Shown: positions 30,911 to 41,496, numbered from the stretch's first letter. The stretch is DNA of 64,000 nucleotides from Cyanobacteria bacterium P01_A01_bin.123 (GCA_039815185.1 JBCBZT010000040.1:1-64000), one strand, 5' to 3'. Notes: generated by a model not told the origin, from the sequence alone. Translations and numbers: made by a program.

Positions 30911-33208
30911 ATGGCAAAGTACGCACTTGTAATTGGGATCGATCGGTACGACAACTTTAGCAATCTAAAAAGTGCGGCAAACGATGCAGAGGCGGTGGCT
31001 CAACTGTTGGAGCAGCAGCAGTATCAGGTAACGCGACTGCCCAGAAAACTGGTAGGAGAAAATCAGTGGGCGATCGCCCCAGATAAACCCCTCACGCGAT
31101 CTGGACTCAGCAAAGAACTCAAGTCCTTTTTTCTGGAACGGGCAAAATATCAGGATGTAGTGCTTTATTTTGCGGGGCATGGCTTCCGCGTCTCTGATTC
31201 GTTAACTGGGGACGAGGAAGGCTATCTGGCCCCTTCTAATGCCACAAAAGACGGTCAGAACGGGATTCCATTTGACTCCCTCAACAAACTCATTAGCCAG
31301 TCCGAACTGAGCAGTCTGGTGGTATTGATGGACTGCTGCTATGCCGGGGCACTGCTGGAGGAACAGCAAAAACTGCTAGAACCCACCCAGACCACCCTCA
31401 GCCGTAAGCAAAATTCCTGTCTGATCGCGGCCTGTCGGGATTTTGAGCGGGCTAGAGAGGGCAAAGACCATGGGATCTTTACCACTGCAGTCCTGAAGGG
31501 ATTGTCGGCAGAGAATGCGGTGCAGGGTACGGTGACCAGCAATGATTTGTTTGGCTTTGTAGACCGGGAACTGCGAAACAGCGGACAAGAGGTGATCCAT
31601 GCGGGCATGGGTAGCGCGATCGCCCTCGTTCACCATCCCGATCAGCCTGTCCCAACCCAAACAGCACCGACTCAAGCGGCAAAAGTTTTCATTGGCTACC
31701 GCGATGAATCCCCCGATCGAGATTTGGCGGAAACGTTTTATCAAGAGCTTAAAGCTGCGGGCCACGAGGTGTTTATGGCCGCAGAAAGTATTCGCTTGGG
31801 AGATAACTGGCCACAGCGCATTAACCAGGAATTAGAGCAGTGTGATTATTTTTTACTGTTGCTGTCACCCCAATCGGCCATTAGCGAAATGGTGACCAAG
31901 GAGGTACGACGGGCGAAAAAATTACGGGAAACTCGTGGTTCTAGAAAACCAGGGTTACTGCCCATTCGAGTTAACTTCCCGCTCAATGTCGCGCTCAATT
32001 ATGACCTGCAAGGGTATCTTGATTCGATTCAGCAGCGGGAATGGCACTCTCCCGGTGATACGCCCCAGATTTTGCAGGAGATTTTGACCATCCTGGCTGA
32101 AGGCAAAATAGCTGATCCTGTAGAACCAGCCACTGCTTCAGAACCGCTAACGGAGCATCCCGATAGCCCCCCAGTACCCGTTGCCCCACCGGAATTACCG
32201 GGGGGTCAGGTGGATTTGTTATCCCTTTATTACGTAGAACGGCCCCCCACAGAAGCGAACTGTTATGAAACGGTGTTGAAGCCAGGGGCATTGATTCGCA
32301 TTAAGGCGTCTCGGCAGATGGGCAAGACCTCTCTGATGTCGCGGATTTTGCGGCATGCCAACGAAAACCAATGCCTGACCATACCCCTAAGTTTTCAACT
32401 GGCGGATGCGGCGATTTTTGCCGATTTAGATAAATTTCTGAAGTGGTTTTGCGCCAGCGTGGGGCGGCGCTTGCGCTTACCCAATAAGCTCGCTGACTAT
32501 TGGGATGAAATTTTTGGGGTTAAGGATAACTGTACGGCCTACTTTGAAGAATATCTGTTGCCCGAAATTTCTAAGCCCTTAGTGCTGGGGCTAGATGAAG
32601 TGGACATGGTGTTTGAGCATCCCAATATCGCAGCGGATTTCATGGGATTGCTGCGGGCCTGGCATGAGTCATCAAAAACCAATGAGCTATGGAAGAAACT
32701 GCGACTGGTGGTGGTACATTCCACGGAAGTTTATATCCCGATGGATATCAATCAGTCGCCGTTTAATGTGGGGCTGCCGATTGAGTTGCAAGAGTTTACC
32801 CCGGCCCAAGTGCTGGATCTGGCCCAACGACATGGACTGAGCTGGGGTGAAGCAGACGTAGCACGGTTAATGGCGATGGTGGGGGGCCATCCCTATCTGG
32901 TACGGGTGGCGTTGTATCAGGTGGCCCGCCAAGAAACCACGCTAGATCAGCTGCTGAGCGTTGCCCCCACCGAGGCTGGCCCCTACGGGGATCATCTGCG
33001 TCGCCATTGGTGGAATTTAGAACAGCGGCCAGAGATGGCCGAGGCGGCTAAGCGGGTGATTGCCTCGGCTAGCCCAGTTCGGTTGGAACCTGTCCAGGCG
33101 TTTCAATTACACAGTATGGGCATTGTGCATTTGCAAGGGAACGAGGTAATGCCCCGGTGTGATTTGTATCGGCAATATTTTGGCGATCGCTTGAATGTAA
33201 AGCGATAA
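30911..33208 (+). CDS. Caspase-family (C14) protease-TIR-AAA_35 STAND-like ATPase
   Basis: YFAGHG/MDCC dyad; TIR from VFIGY... to EMVTKEV; Walker A ASRQMGKTS; Walker B GLDEVD; SPFNVG; GGHPYL. Confidence 0.9.
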   Translation: MAKYALVIGIDRYDNFSNLKSAANDAEAVAQLLEQQQYQVTRLPRKLVGENQWAIAPDKPLTRSGLSKELKSFFLERAKYQDVVLYFAGHGFRVSDSLTGDEEGYLAPSNATKDGQNGIPFDSLNKLISQSELSSLVVLMDCCYAGALLEEQQKLLEPTQTTLSRKQNSCLIAACRDFERAREGKDHGIFTTAVLKGLSAENAVQGTVTSNDLFGFVDRELRNSGQEVIHAGMGSAIALVHHPDQPVPTQTAPTQAAKVFIGYRDESPDRDLAETFYQELKAAGHEVFMAAESIRLGDNWPQRINQELEQCDYFLLLLSPQSAISEMVTKEVRRAKKLRETRGSRKPGLLPIRVNFPLNVALNYDLQGYLDSIQQREWHSPGDTPQILQEILTILAEGKIADPVEPATASEPLTEHPDSPPVPVAPPELPGGQVDLLSLYYVERPPTEANCYETVLKPGALIRIKASRQMGKTSLMSRILRHANENQCLTIPLSFQLADAAIFADLDKFLKWFCASVGRRLRLPNKLADYWDEIFGVKDNCTAYFEEYLLPEISKPLVLGLDEVDMVFEHPNIAADFMGLLRAWHESSKTNELWKKLRLVVVHSTEVYIPMDINQSPFNVGLPIELQEFTPAQVLDLAQRHGLSWGEADVARLMAMVGGHPYLVRVALYQVARQETTLDQLLSVAPTEAGPYGDHLRRHWWNLEQRPEMAEAAKRVIASASPVRLEPVQAFQLHSMGIVHLQGNEVMPRCDLYRQYFGDRLNVKR

Positions 33209-33296
33209 ATGTAAAAGGAGATGGCGATGATTTTCGCCGCCATCAGGATTTTGAAGCGTTTTGCCCAATTAGCGATTCAAGTCTACCGAGGGGAGC

Positions 33297-36200
33297 ATGA
33301 ACTACGACTACCAGGTGGGGGGCAGTTTGCCCGCCGATGCACCGAGCTATGTGAAGCGACAGGCGGATGATGACCTGTATGAGCAGCTAAAAGCAGGCGA
33401 GTTTTGCTATGTGCTGAACTCGCGGCAGATGGGCAAATCGAGTCTGCGGGTGCAGGTGATGCAGCGTTTAGCCGACGACGGTGTGGCCTGTGCGGCCCTT
33501 GATCTGACCCAGATTGGCGGGGGGGCCAACATCACCGCTGACCAATGGTATGCCGGAATCGTGCGCAAACTCTGGAGCAGCTTTCATCTGAGCAGCCAAG
33601 TTAACCTCCGCCAGTGGTGGCGCGAGCGGGATGAACTTTCTTCAGTCCAGCGGTTTAGTGAATTTATTGAAACGGTTTTGCTGACGGCCCTGGCTCAGCC
33701 GATCGCAATCTTCATCGACGAAATCGACACCATTCTCAGTCTGCCTTTCGCCCCAGACGACTTTTTTACGCTGATTCGCAACTGCTATAACCAGCGGGCG
33801 GATAACCCTGCCTATCATCGCCTCACTTTCTGCTTTCTCGGTGTGGCTACCCCTGCCGATTTGATGCAAGACAAGCTGCGGACACCCTTTAATATTGGTC
33901 ACGGGATTTCTCTTTGTGGCTTTAAGTGTGATGAGGCTCAACCGCTAATTCCGGGGCTCCAGAGCAATGCCGACCGCCCCAATGCTGTACTTGAGGCAAT
34001 TTTGCATTGGACGAGTGGACAACCCTTCTTGACTCAAAAGCTCTGTTGCTTGGCGCGATCGCTGCCGTTTATTTCATCAGATCAGGAAAAGGAAGCGATT
34101 GGTCAACTGGTGCAAACCCGCATTATTGACAATTGGGAAGCCCAGGACGATCCGGAGCATTTGAAGACGATCCGCGATCGCTTGTTGAGCAATGAAGCGA
34201 CCCAGGGCCAACGGCTGGGGCTATATCAGCAGATTTTATCCGGTGAGGCGGTTCCGGCTGACAGCAGCCGTGAGCAGATGGATTTGCGGCTTTCTGGGGT
34301 GGTGGTGGAGCGCGATCGCAGGCTATACCCCCACACGCCGATTTATGCCGCGATCTTGTCTGAAGCTTGGGTCAAGTCGGCACTGGCGAATCTGCGTCCC
34401 TACAGTGAGGAGATTGAGGCTTGGTTGCAAAGCGACCGACAGGCCGATGACCATCTGCTGCATGGTGAAAAGCTGGAGGCGGCGTTGGAGTGGGCCGAAT
34501 CGCGGAGTTTGAGCAAGCAGGATTATCAGTATTTGGTTGAAAGCCAAAAGCTGGGGTTGCGGCAAGAGCTAGAGCAAAGCAGAGCTGATCTCAATCAAAC
34601 CAATCAACAGCTTTCAGAACGGAATCAACGTCTCCATCAGGTTGATCGTGATCTAGACAGCGCCAGACATGAACTGAGCCAAGCGCAACGGTTTACTCGT
34701 CGGGCGACGAAAATAGGTGTGGGCGTAATTTGTTTTATGGCAGTGTGGGCGGCTGGCGCATCGGTTTTGACAGGGCAACAGGTTGCCCAAAGGAACAAGG
34801 CTTATGCCGACAGGAACGAGGCTGTTGCCGAAAGGGACAAGGCTTATGCCGACAGGAACGATGCCTATGCTGACGCTACGAAAATGCGAGATGAAAATCA
34901 GGATCTACGCGCAGATTATCAAAAGATTGACAAGGAAATAACAGATGCCAGAGAACAATTGGCCGAAACCGATGATGACTTACAGGCAACAAAAGGAGCC
35001 TTAGCGTCTGCGGAGGCAGACCTGACAGCGGCCCAAAGCGAGGCGGATAGGGCACAGCGCAATGCCGATCAAGCCCAAGCCGCAGCCGATCAAGCGCAGA
35101 AGGAGGCTGATGAAGCGAAAAGAGCAGCTGATGAAGCCCAAGCTAAGGCTGAGAAAGCGCAGAGAGCAGCTGATGAGGCTAGCGATAGAGCTATACTACT
35201 GGGTCTCAATTTAGAGGATGTGATTCCGATGACCGAAGCGGTGATGGCATTTGCCGGCAAGGGGGCGGAAGAGCGTGCTGAGGCAATCGCACAACTTGAC
35301 GAGATTTTAGAGAATAATCAATCAGCGGGGAATCCGAGAAACTCTACTGTCTTAATTGTGCGTGGTGAGTTCCATCGGCAAAACGACAACTATGATCTAG
35401 CGCTTCAAGATTTTGATGACGTCATTGCCATTGACGAGCGCAATTCTATTGCTCACTTTGGACGAGGCAACACCTTAGCAGATCAGAAGAACTGGGAAGA
35501 GGCGATCGCGGCCTATGATAGGGCCATTGCTATTAACTCAGATTACCATCTAGCCCATATGAACCGAGGCAATGCTTTAGCAAGCAACGGTCAGTTTATT
35601 CAGGCAATTGAGGCCCATAATACGGCAGTCAGTCTAGTACAAGACGACCGAACAATTGCTAACCTAAGAGAAACCCTTGATAGCTTAATCGAAGTCTGGG
35701 CAGGGGGTGCAAATGTTTCGCTTGGGGCCAGTTTTGCAGGTACTGTGGGCGGAGATTCAAACGATAATGAGAATAGTTCAGAGCGTGACAACCGTGATCG
35801 TTTGCCAACAAATCGGTTAAGAAATACATTAAATTTAAATGAGAGTGATGCAACAGTCATTACAGTTAGCATCGACCTAATCGAGCTGTATGCTGATGGA
35901 AAAACAGCAACAGGGGTATGGCATTATCGAGGTTTTTCTGCCTTGATCACACAAAGCTATTCAGATGCTATTGGGCATTTGAATTCGGCCCTCAGTGAGA
36001 CCATCAGTCCCTCTCCGTCACCAGAACAGCAATATATTTCGCATGTTTTGCGTGGCATTGCTTACGGACGCCAATCCAACTGGGAAGCAGCTATAAGCGA
36101 CTTTAGCGAAGCAGTTGGCCTCAACAATGAATCGGCAATCGCTTATTACGAACGTGGCAATGCTTTCACAGCCCAGGGAAATTTTGAGTCGGCCCTTGCC

Positions 36201-38252
36201 GATTACATTGCAGCTACCGAACGGGCTCCCCAAAATGACGCTTTCTTTCGCCAGCGGAATGAAACGCTCTTATCTCTCAGGGGGCAAGAAGGGGCGATTG
36301 CCGAGCTCACCCAAGCCATTGAGCAAAATCCCAAAAATTCCCTGGTCTACTATGCGAGAGCAAATTTTCTCACGTTCCTGGGTGGTATGGGTAATTTCGA
36401 TGTTCCCGTTGATATTGCTAATCCTGAAGGTACGATCGAATTCAATGCTGATGAGACCATTGCCGACTATACTCGCGCTCTCGCACTCAATGCCGACTAT
36501 ACGTTTATCTATCGCGATCGCGCCAATGCACGTCTTCGGCGGAGGGATATAGACGGTGCCATTGCCGATTTTGGTCTTGCAATTGAGCTTAATTCAGAAG
36601 ATGCAGCAGACCCATCCATCTACATCGAGCGTGCCCGTGCTTTCCAGTCCCAGGGGGATACAGAGGCAACTATTGCTGATTACAACCGCGCGGTCGAATT
36701 AGCACCCCCAACCAACAGCTTTTATTATGAGCGAAACGATATGCTCCTAGAGCTTAGAGGTCCAGAATTGGCCCTAGCAGAACTGACCCAAGCCATCGAG
36801 CACAATCCCCAAGATGCCCTAGCCTACTATGCACGAGGCGATTTCCATCTGCTGACTGGTGATGTTGACGGTGCTCTTGCCGATTTTGACCGAGCCATTG
36901 CCCTCAATTCTCAAATTGCATTCATTTATCGCGATCGCGCCAATGCTCGCCGAGCGTCGGGAAATATTGAGGGCGCTCTCGCCGATCTTGACCAAGTGAT
37001 TGCTCTCAATCCTCAAGAGCCTGACTTGTATTTCGAGATCGCAAGTCTACGCCGAGAGCTAGGAGATGAAGCCGGAGCTCTGGCTATTCTTGACCAAGCC
37101 ATCACCCTCAATCCCCAAAATTCAAACTTCTATTTCGAGAATGCCAATTTACGCCGACAGCGAGGGGATATAGAGGGCGCCATTGCTGTTATTGACCAAG
37201 CGATCGCACTCAATCTCCCAGATCCATACTTCTATATTGAAGCCGCCAATCTACGCCAAGTGCTAGGAGATGAAGCTGGGGCCCTGGCTATTCTTGAGCA
37301 AGCGATCGCCCTCAATCCCCAAAATCCAAACTTCTATTTCGAGAGCGCCAATTTACGCCGACAGCTAGGAGATGAAGCTGGGGCTTTGGCTGTGCTTGAC
37401 CAAGCGATCGCACTCAATCCTCAGAATCCATTGGTCTATATTGAGGCCGCCAATCTGCGCCAACAGCTAGGGAATATTGAGGAAGCCATTGCTGTGCTTG
37501 ACCAAGCGATCGCACTCAATTCTCAGGAGCCAGACCTCTATTATGAGCGTGCCAGTTTACGCCGAGAGCTGGAAGATTTTGAGGGAGCTAGTGCCGATTT
37601 TGATCAGGCTACTGCACTTTCAACCCAAGGGCCATCCGTTGACAGCAACCCCGTAGATCCGTCTATCTATTACGAACAGGCCAATTTCCTCTTTTCCTTG
37701 GGGGACATAGCAGGGGCCATTACTGCTTACACTCGCGCCATCGAACTCAACCCTGCAAATTCATCTGCCTATTACAGTCGCGCTAATTTTCTCTTATCTC
37801 AAGGGGATTTCCGGGGTGCCGTTGCCGATTTCAATCGCGTCATTGAGTTGGATGAAAGTGATACCTATGCGATCGCAGGTCGAGGGGAAGCTTATTACCA
37901 ATTGGGACACTATGAAGAGGCATTGGCTGACTTCAATCATGCTATTGAAATCAATGGGAATAATGCCTATGCGATCGCCAACCGTGGCGCAACCTATCTC
38001 CAAATAGGAAGTGACCAAGATGCCCTTGCTGATTTTGACCGTGCGCTCGAAATTACCAATGGTATCCTCGAAGAGAATGCGGAAGATTTTTGGGCGATCG
38101 CTGATCGGGGCAAAACCTATCGTTTCATGGGACACTTTGATGAAGCCATAGCTGACTTCAGACGGGCATTAGAACTCGAACCCAATAACGCATCCGATAG
38201 GGCAGTGGTTCAAACAGAACTTGAAAAAGCCCAACAAGGAATTAGCCAATAG
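33297..38252 (+). CDS. AAA_35 STAND-like ATPase-TM-coiled coil-TPR array protein
   Basis: YQVGGSL...[28 protein letters not shown] and GQPFLTQ; hydrophobic segment at ~34713-34775; heptad repeats; roughly 20 TPR-like units. Confidence 0.9.
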   Translation: MNYDYQVGGSLPADAPSYVKRQADDDLYEQLKAGEFCYVLNSRQMGKSSLRVQVMQRLADDGVACAALDLTQIGGGANITADQWYAGIVRKLWSSFHLSSQVNLRQWWRERDELSSVQRFSEFIETVLLTALAQPIAIFIDEIDTILSLPFAPDDFFTLIRNCYNQRADNPAYHRLTFCFLGVATPADLMQDKLRTPFNIGHGISLCGFKCDEAQPLIPGLQSNADRPNAVLEAILHWTSGQPFLTQKLCCLARSLPFISSDQEKEAIGQLVQTRIIDNWEAQDDPEHLKTIRDRLLSNEATQGQRLGLYQQILSGEAVPADSSREQMDLRLSGVVVERDRRLYPHTPIYAAILSEAWVKSALANLRPYSEEIEAWLQSDRQADDHLLHGEKLEAALEWAESRSLSKQDYQYLVESQKLGLRQELEQSRADLNQTNQQLSERNQRLHQVDRDLDSARHELSQAQRFTRRATKIGVGVICFMAVWAAGASVLTGQQVAQRNKAYADRNEAVAERDKAYADRNDAYADATKMRDENQDLRADYQKIDKEITDAREQLAETDDDLQATKGALASAEADLTAAQSEADRAQRNADQAQAAADQAQKEADEAKRAADEAQAKAEKAQRAADEASDRAILLGLNLEDVIPMTEAVMAFAGKGAEERAEAIAQLDEILENNQSAGNPRNSTVLIVRGEFHRQNDNYDLALQDFDDVIAIDERNSIAHFGRGNTLADQKNWEEAIAAYDRAIAINSDYHLAHMNRGNALASNGQFIQAIEAHNTAVSLVQDDRTIANLRETLDSLIEVWAGGANVSLGASFAGTVGGDSNDNENSSERDNRDRLPTNRLRNTLNLNESDATVITVSIDLIELYADGKTATGVWHYRGFSALITQSYSDAIGHLNSALSETISPSPSPEQQYISHVLRGIAYGRQSNWEAAISDFSEAVGLNNESAIAYYERGNAFTAQGNFESALADYIAATERAPQNDAFFRQRNETLLSLRGQEGAIAELTQAIEQNPKNSLVYYARANFLTFLGGMGNFDVPVDIANPEGTIEFNADETIADYTRALALNADYTFIYRDRANARLRRRDIDGAIADFGLAIELNSEDAADPSIYIERARAFQSQGDTEATIADYNRAVELAPPTNSFYYERNDMLLELRGPELALAELTQAIEHNPQDALAYYARGDFHLLTGDVDGALADFDRAIALNSQIAFIYRDRANARRASGNIEGALADLDQVIALNPQEPDLYFEIASLRRELGDEAGALAILDQAITLNPQNSNFYFENANLRRQRGDIEGAIAVIDQAIALNLPDPYFYIEAANLRQVLGDEAGALAILEQAIALNPQNPNFYFESANLRRQLGDEAGALAVLDQAIALNPQNPLVYIEAANLRQQLGNIEEAIAVLDQAIALNSQEPDLYYERASLRRELEDFEGASADFDQATALSTQGPSVDSNPVDPSIYYEQANFLFSLGDIAGAITAYTRAIELNPANSSAYYSRANFLLSQGDFRGAVADFNRVIELDESDTYAIAGRGEAYYQLGHYEEALADFNHAIEINGNNAYAIANRGATYLQIGSDQDALADFDRALEITNGILEENAEDFWAIADRGKTYRFMGHFDEAIADFRRALELEPNNASDRAVVQTELEKAQQGISQ
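34791..34874 (+). repeat. Four 21-bp coding tandem repeats (heptads)
   Basis: AGGAACAAGGCTTATGCCGAC-like units encoding [28 protein letters not shown]. Confidence 0.85.
36900..37615 (+). repeat. Seven 102-bp TPR-coding tandem repeats
   Basis: 34-aa units ALNPQ...Y.E.ANLRR.LG...GA.A.LDQAI with strong DNA similarity. Confidence 0.9.
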
Positions 38253-38269
38253 TTCTGAACGCCAAACCT

Positions 38270-38647
38270 CTACCCCGGCATACAGGCATTAACCACCTCA
38301 ACCAAGACATCATTTGCCCACTCTTCATTACGCTCCAACGCATCACTCAAAACATCCGCCTCTTCTTGCGTATAGCGATCCTGAATCTCCCAAATCATAC
38401 AGCCGCATAGGTCTGTTACCAGACTTTCATATTGCTCAGAATCCAGTCCTTCAGGCACGCCATTTTCCAGTAACCCAGCAACACAACCCTCGATAAACGA
38501 GGCAACAATCTCAGGGTCATGTTGATTTTGGGGTGGGCGATCGCGGGCAGTTTCGGCCAATGCAGGGGCGATCGCCCAAACCATATTCAACCCCATCACC
38601 ATCGCGATCGCAGCACCGTGAACCCAAGATTTAAGCAGCTTATTCAT
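38270..38647 (-). CDS. Small secreted hypothetical protein (4 Cys)
   Basis: Signal peptide ending APALA; FIEGC...CGC...C pattern. Confidence 0.65.
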   Translation of the reverse strand: MNKLLKSWVHGAAIAMVMGLNMVWAIAPALAETARDRPPQNQHDPEIVASFIEGCVAGLLENGVPEGLDSEQYESLVTDLCGCMIWEIQDRYTQEEADVLSDALERNEEWANDVLVEVVNACMPG

Positions 38648-38802
38648 AGATTTACGTCCCAAGAAAACTCGCAGCCCAATCAAAAAATGGCGCATTCTCT
38701 CATACAAGAAAAATGGCGTATTTTCCTGGAAACCCCATTATTTTCAGTGAAAGGATAGTAGGCAGTCATCACTCGAATGACGTTTAAGAGCAAATAAAAC
38801 CT

Positions 38803-39366
38803 ATGCAGCAAAGATTTTTGACCCTGGTTACCGTTGGCGCACTCGCAGTAGCCACCACCCACTGCACCCCCCGCACCTCATCCATCAGCAAACCAACTCC
38901 ATCAGCAACAGTTCAAGCGGTTGCCGAAACAGACCAAACTGATGATCAAGCGGCTCAGGCCAACCCTGTAGATTCAGACACACAGCAAACGGTTGCAGAA
39001 GCAGACCAAACCGACGAACAAACCGCTATCCGCAACCAGTACCGCACCATTTCCCTAGACACGCTTTTCTCAGAGCTACCTGTGATTGGCCCCAATGCAG
39101 AAGCGATCGCCATGCGCACCTTTGGCCGCACCGACCTGGGCGAAGGTGAACAGCCCACGGTCGTCACCAACGAAGGGTACCAGGGCGATTACTTGGTAAT
39201 TAACCTCACCAATGAAGGATTAGCCGACGACTCCGTTGGCGGGTATCGATATCGCCTGGAGTTTGAAAGCTTTGATAACGATCAGGTTAAATTAGTCTGG
39301 GTCGGCGAACAAAACTATTGCTGGCGCAGCACCATACCCAGATGGACCGCAAACCTTTGTCCTTAA
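38803..39366 (+). CDS. Hypothetical lipoprotein
   Basis: Signal peptide with Cys (ATTHC); C-terminal ADDSVGGYRYRLEF...C...W...C domain. Confidence 0.7.
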   Translation: MQQRFLTLVTVGALAVATTHCTPRTSSISKPTPSATVQAVAETDQTDDQAAQANPVDSDTQQTVAEADQTDEQTAIRNQYRTISLDTLFSELPVIGPNAEAIAMRTFGRTDLGEGEQPTVVTNEGYQGDYLVINLTNEGLADDSVGGYRYRLEFESFDNDQVKLVWVGEQNYCWRSTIPRWTANLCP

Positions 39367-39369
39367 AGA

Positions 39370-39719
39370 CTACAAGTGATTCTCCAGCCAAATAATCAGA
39401 TCTTGGCATGTCATAAAGTCCAACAGTGCCTCCCCCAACGCCTCCAACTGTACTAAAGATAACTGCTCGACTCGCGATGGTCAGAGACCGGCCCTAAGGG
39501 GCCATCGCAGCTCTTGCGGCAGTTCTCCAAATTTGCGGGTTAACAGACGGAGAACCAGCGATCGCCCTTCTTCCTGCCGTCCTTCTTGTCGTCCTCTCTG
39601 CTCTCCTCTCTGTTCTCCCTTTCGAAGAATATCTTGATAAATTACGGACTCTTGCATGATTTCACTCCGCAAAATTTGCTGAATTAATCTATTAAAAACT
39701 TGCAGATTGCGTCAAACAT
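39370..39719 (-). pseudogene. Rpn-family (DUF4351) nuclease relic
   Basis: N-terminus MFDAICKFLI joined out of frame to LIQQILRSEIMQESVIYQ...LEALGEALLDF...WL; internal stop from a 27-bp insertion. Confidence 0.8.
39474..39508. mobile_element. 27-bp structured insertion in a HIP1 site (SDR-like small dispersed element)
   Basis: Minus strand reads GCGAT-GGCCC CTTA GGGCC-GGTC TCT GACC-ATCGC. Removing 27 bp restores GCGATCGC and the DUF4351 frame. Confidence 0.8.
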
Positions 39720-40004
39720 GGCGGCATTCTATAGCACTAGACCAGATAGGGCCAAAATTAGCCCCTCCGCTAACGTCTTCGGATCGACGCCCAACTTACT
39801 GCGATCGCGTGCCAGCCGATATCTCGCTTGAGCATGCCATCAACTAACTGCCCACCAGTGCTGCTGGGAGACAGTTATCTGCGTCACCTTGAGCCATCAG
39901 CCTCCCGGTTAACATCACCACTGCCCCTCGGGCAAGGCGGGGGTGCTGACAGGATTGAACCAAAGCGATTGATCTAGGGATGCGATCGCACTGAGTAGGT
40001 TAAT

Positions 40005-41294
40005 TTAGAGTGTCAAAGATTGAGGATTGGTTTCAATCAATTGGGCCAAATCTTTCAAAAAGGCAGCTGCATCGGCACCATAAATAATGCGGTGATCACA
40101 GGTGATGTTGACCGTCATTTGCCGCTTCACGCCCATCAGGCCATCCTCAGTGGCAACCACTTGGGGACTGGCCCCGCCAATGGCCAAAATTGCCCCCTGC
40201 CCCGGCATTAAAATGGCATCAAAGCGATCGACCCCAAACATGCCTAGGTTTGATAGGGTGAACGTGCCAGAGTTATACTCTTCAGGCTGCAACTGCTTCG
40301 ACCGGGAGCGGGCAACTAAATCTTTCCAAGACCGCGACAGCGAATAAATGTCCATCTGATCTGCGCCGCGCAGCACTGGCGTGATTAACCCGCCATCAGG
40401 CATGGCCACGGCCACTGCGATGTTGATGCTACCGCGATACTGGATGCCCTGTTCAACATAATAGGCATTGATCAAGGGATGCTTTTGTAGGGTGACGGCG
40501 ACGGCCTTAGCGAGCAGCCCAGTCATGGTTACCCCTTTTGACTTGATCTGCTTGTAGAGAGCATCAAGGGCATCGGTCGTGATCGTGTATCCCACACGGT
40601 AAGAAGGGACCGCCAAACTGGCCACCATGTTTTTCACCACTGATTTTTGCAGGGTGTTGAATGGCGTCAGTTGCCCGGGAACGGCCGGAGCTGGGGTTGG
40701 CGCTGAAACTGCGGCGGGTACCGGAGGCGCAGCGGGTACTGGCGGGGGAGTCACCATCGGAGCCGCTTTGGGCGTGGGTGTTTTGCCTGCGGCAAGTTCA
40801 ATGTCTTGAGCGACGATGCGTCCGTGGGGGCCAGAGCCTTGAACGCCGCTGAGATCTACCTTGAGGGTTTTAGCCAGCTTGCGGGCTCGGGGAGAGACGA
40901 TGACGCGATCGCTGGTTCGCTTCGCGGCTCCATTTTGGGTGACCGGGGCAGGGGGAGGGGAGGTAGGGGGAGCAGCGGCGGGGGAGGGAGCAACGGCAGC
41001 AGGGGGGGCAGAAGCAGCAGATGCGCCTTGGGCTTGGGCGTCGGCAATCTCGGCTTCGGTTTCGGCTAATAGCGCGATCGCGCTACCTACATTTGCCACA
41101 TCCCCGGCGGCAACGACGATGGTCGCCAGATAGCCTTCATAGAAGGACTCCACGTCCATATCGGCCTTATCAGATTCGACAATCACCACCGTTTCGCCTT
41201 TATCAACCTTGTCCCCCGGTGACTTGACCCAGGAGACAATCTTTCCCTCAGTCATGGTGGAACTCAGGGCAGGCATGAAGACTTCACGAATCAT
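40005..41294 (-). CDS. pdhC: Pyruvate dehydrogenase E2, dihydrolipoamide acetyltransferase
   Basis: Lipoyl motif ESDKA, E3-binding GSGPHGRI, catalytic DHRIIYGA. Confidence 0.97.
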   Translation of the reverse strand: MIREVFMPALSSTMTEGKIVSWVKSPGDKVDKGETVVIVESDKADMDVESFYEGYLATIVVAAGDVANVGSAIALLAETEAEIADAQAQGASAASAPPAAVAPSPAAAPPTSPPPAPVTQNGAAKRTSDRVIVSPRARKLAKTLKVDLSGVQGSGPHGRIVAQDIELAAGKTPTPKAAPMVTPPPVPAAPPVPAAVSAPTPAPAVPGQLTPFNTLQKSVVKNMVASLAVPSYRVGYTITTDALDALYKQIKSKGVTMTGLLAKAVAVTLQKHPLINAYYVEQGIQYRGSINIAVAVAMPDGGLITPVLRGADQMDIYSLSRSWKDLVARSRSKQLQPEEYNSGTFTLSNLGMFGVDRFDAILMPGQGAILAIGGASPQVVATEDGLMGVKRQMTVNITCDHRIIYGADAAAFLKDLAQLIETNPQSLTL

Positions 41295-41426
41295 GGAGCG
41301 ACTTTCTAGACAGCAATCACAACGACAATCAGGCAGATAAACTCAGTCAAGTTTAACGGCCAACGCCTAATTTTAGCCCGACAGCGGGATATAAACCTCG
41401 TCCAGATCAGATCAATCGTTTTTCCG

Positions 41427-41454
41427 GTAGGGGCGTCAGGCCTGATACCCCTAC
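41427..41454. repeat. GTAG-family REP palindrome
   Basis: GTAGGGGCGTCAGGCCTGATACCCCTAC. Confidence 0.75.
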
Positions 41455-41496
41455 TCAAGGTTTCCAATCGGATCGGGGTTAAACCATCTATTGGGC

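Noticed and set aside
36900..37615. Regularly spaced repeats as a possible CRISPR array
   Set aside because: The period is 102 bp, fully in frame, and encodes TPRs; no unique spacers and no cas genes in the window.
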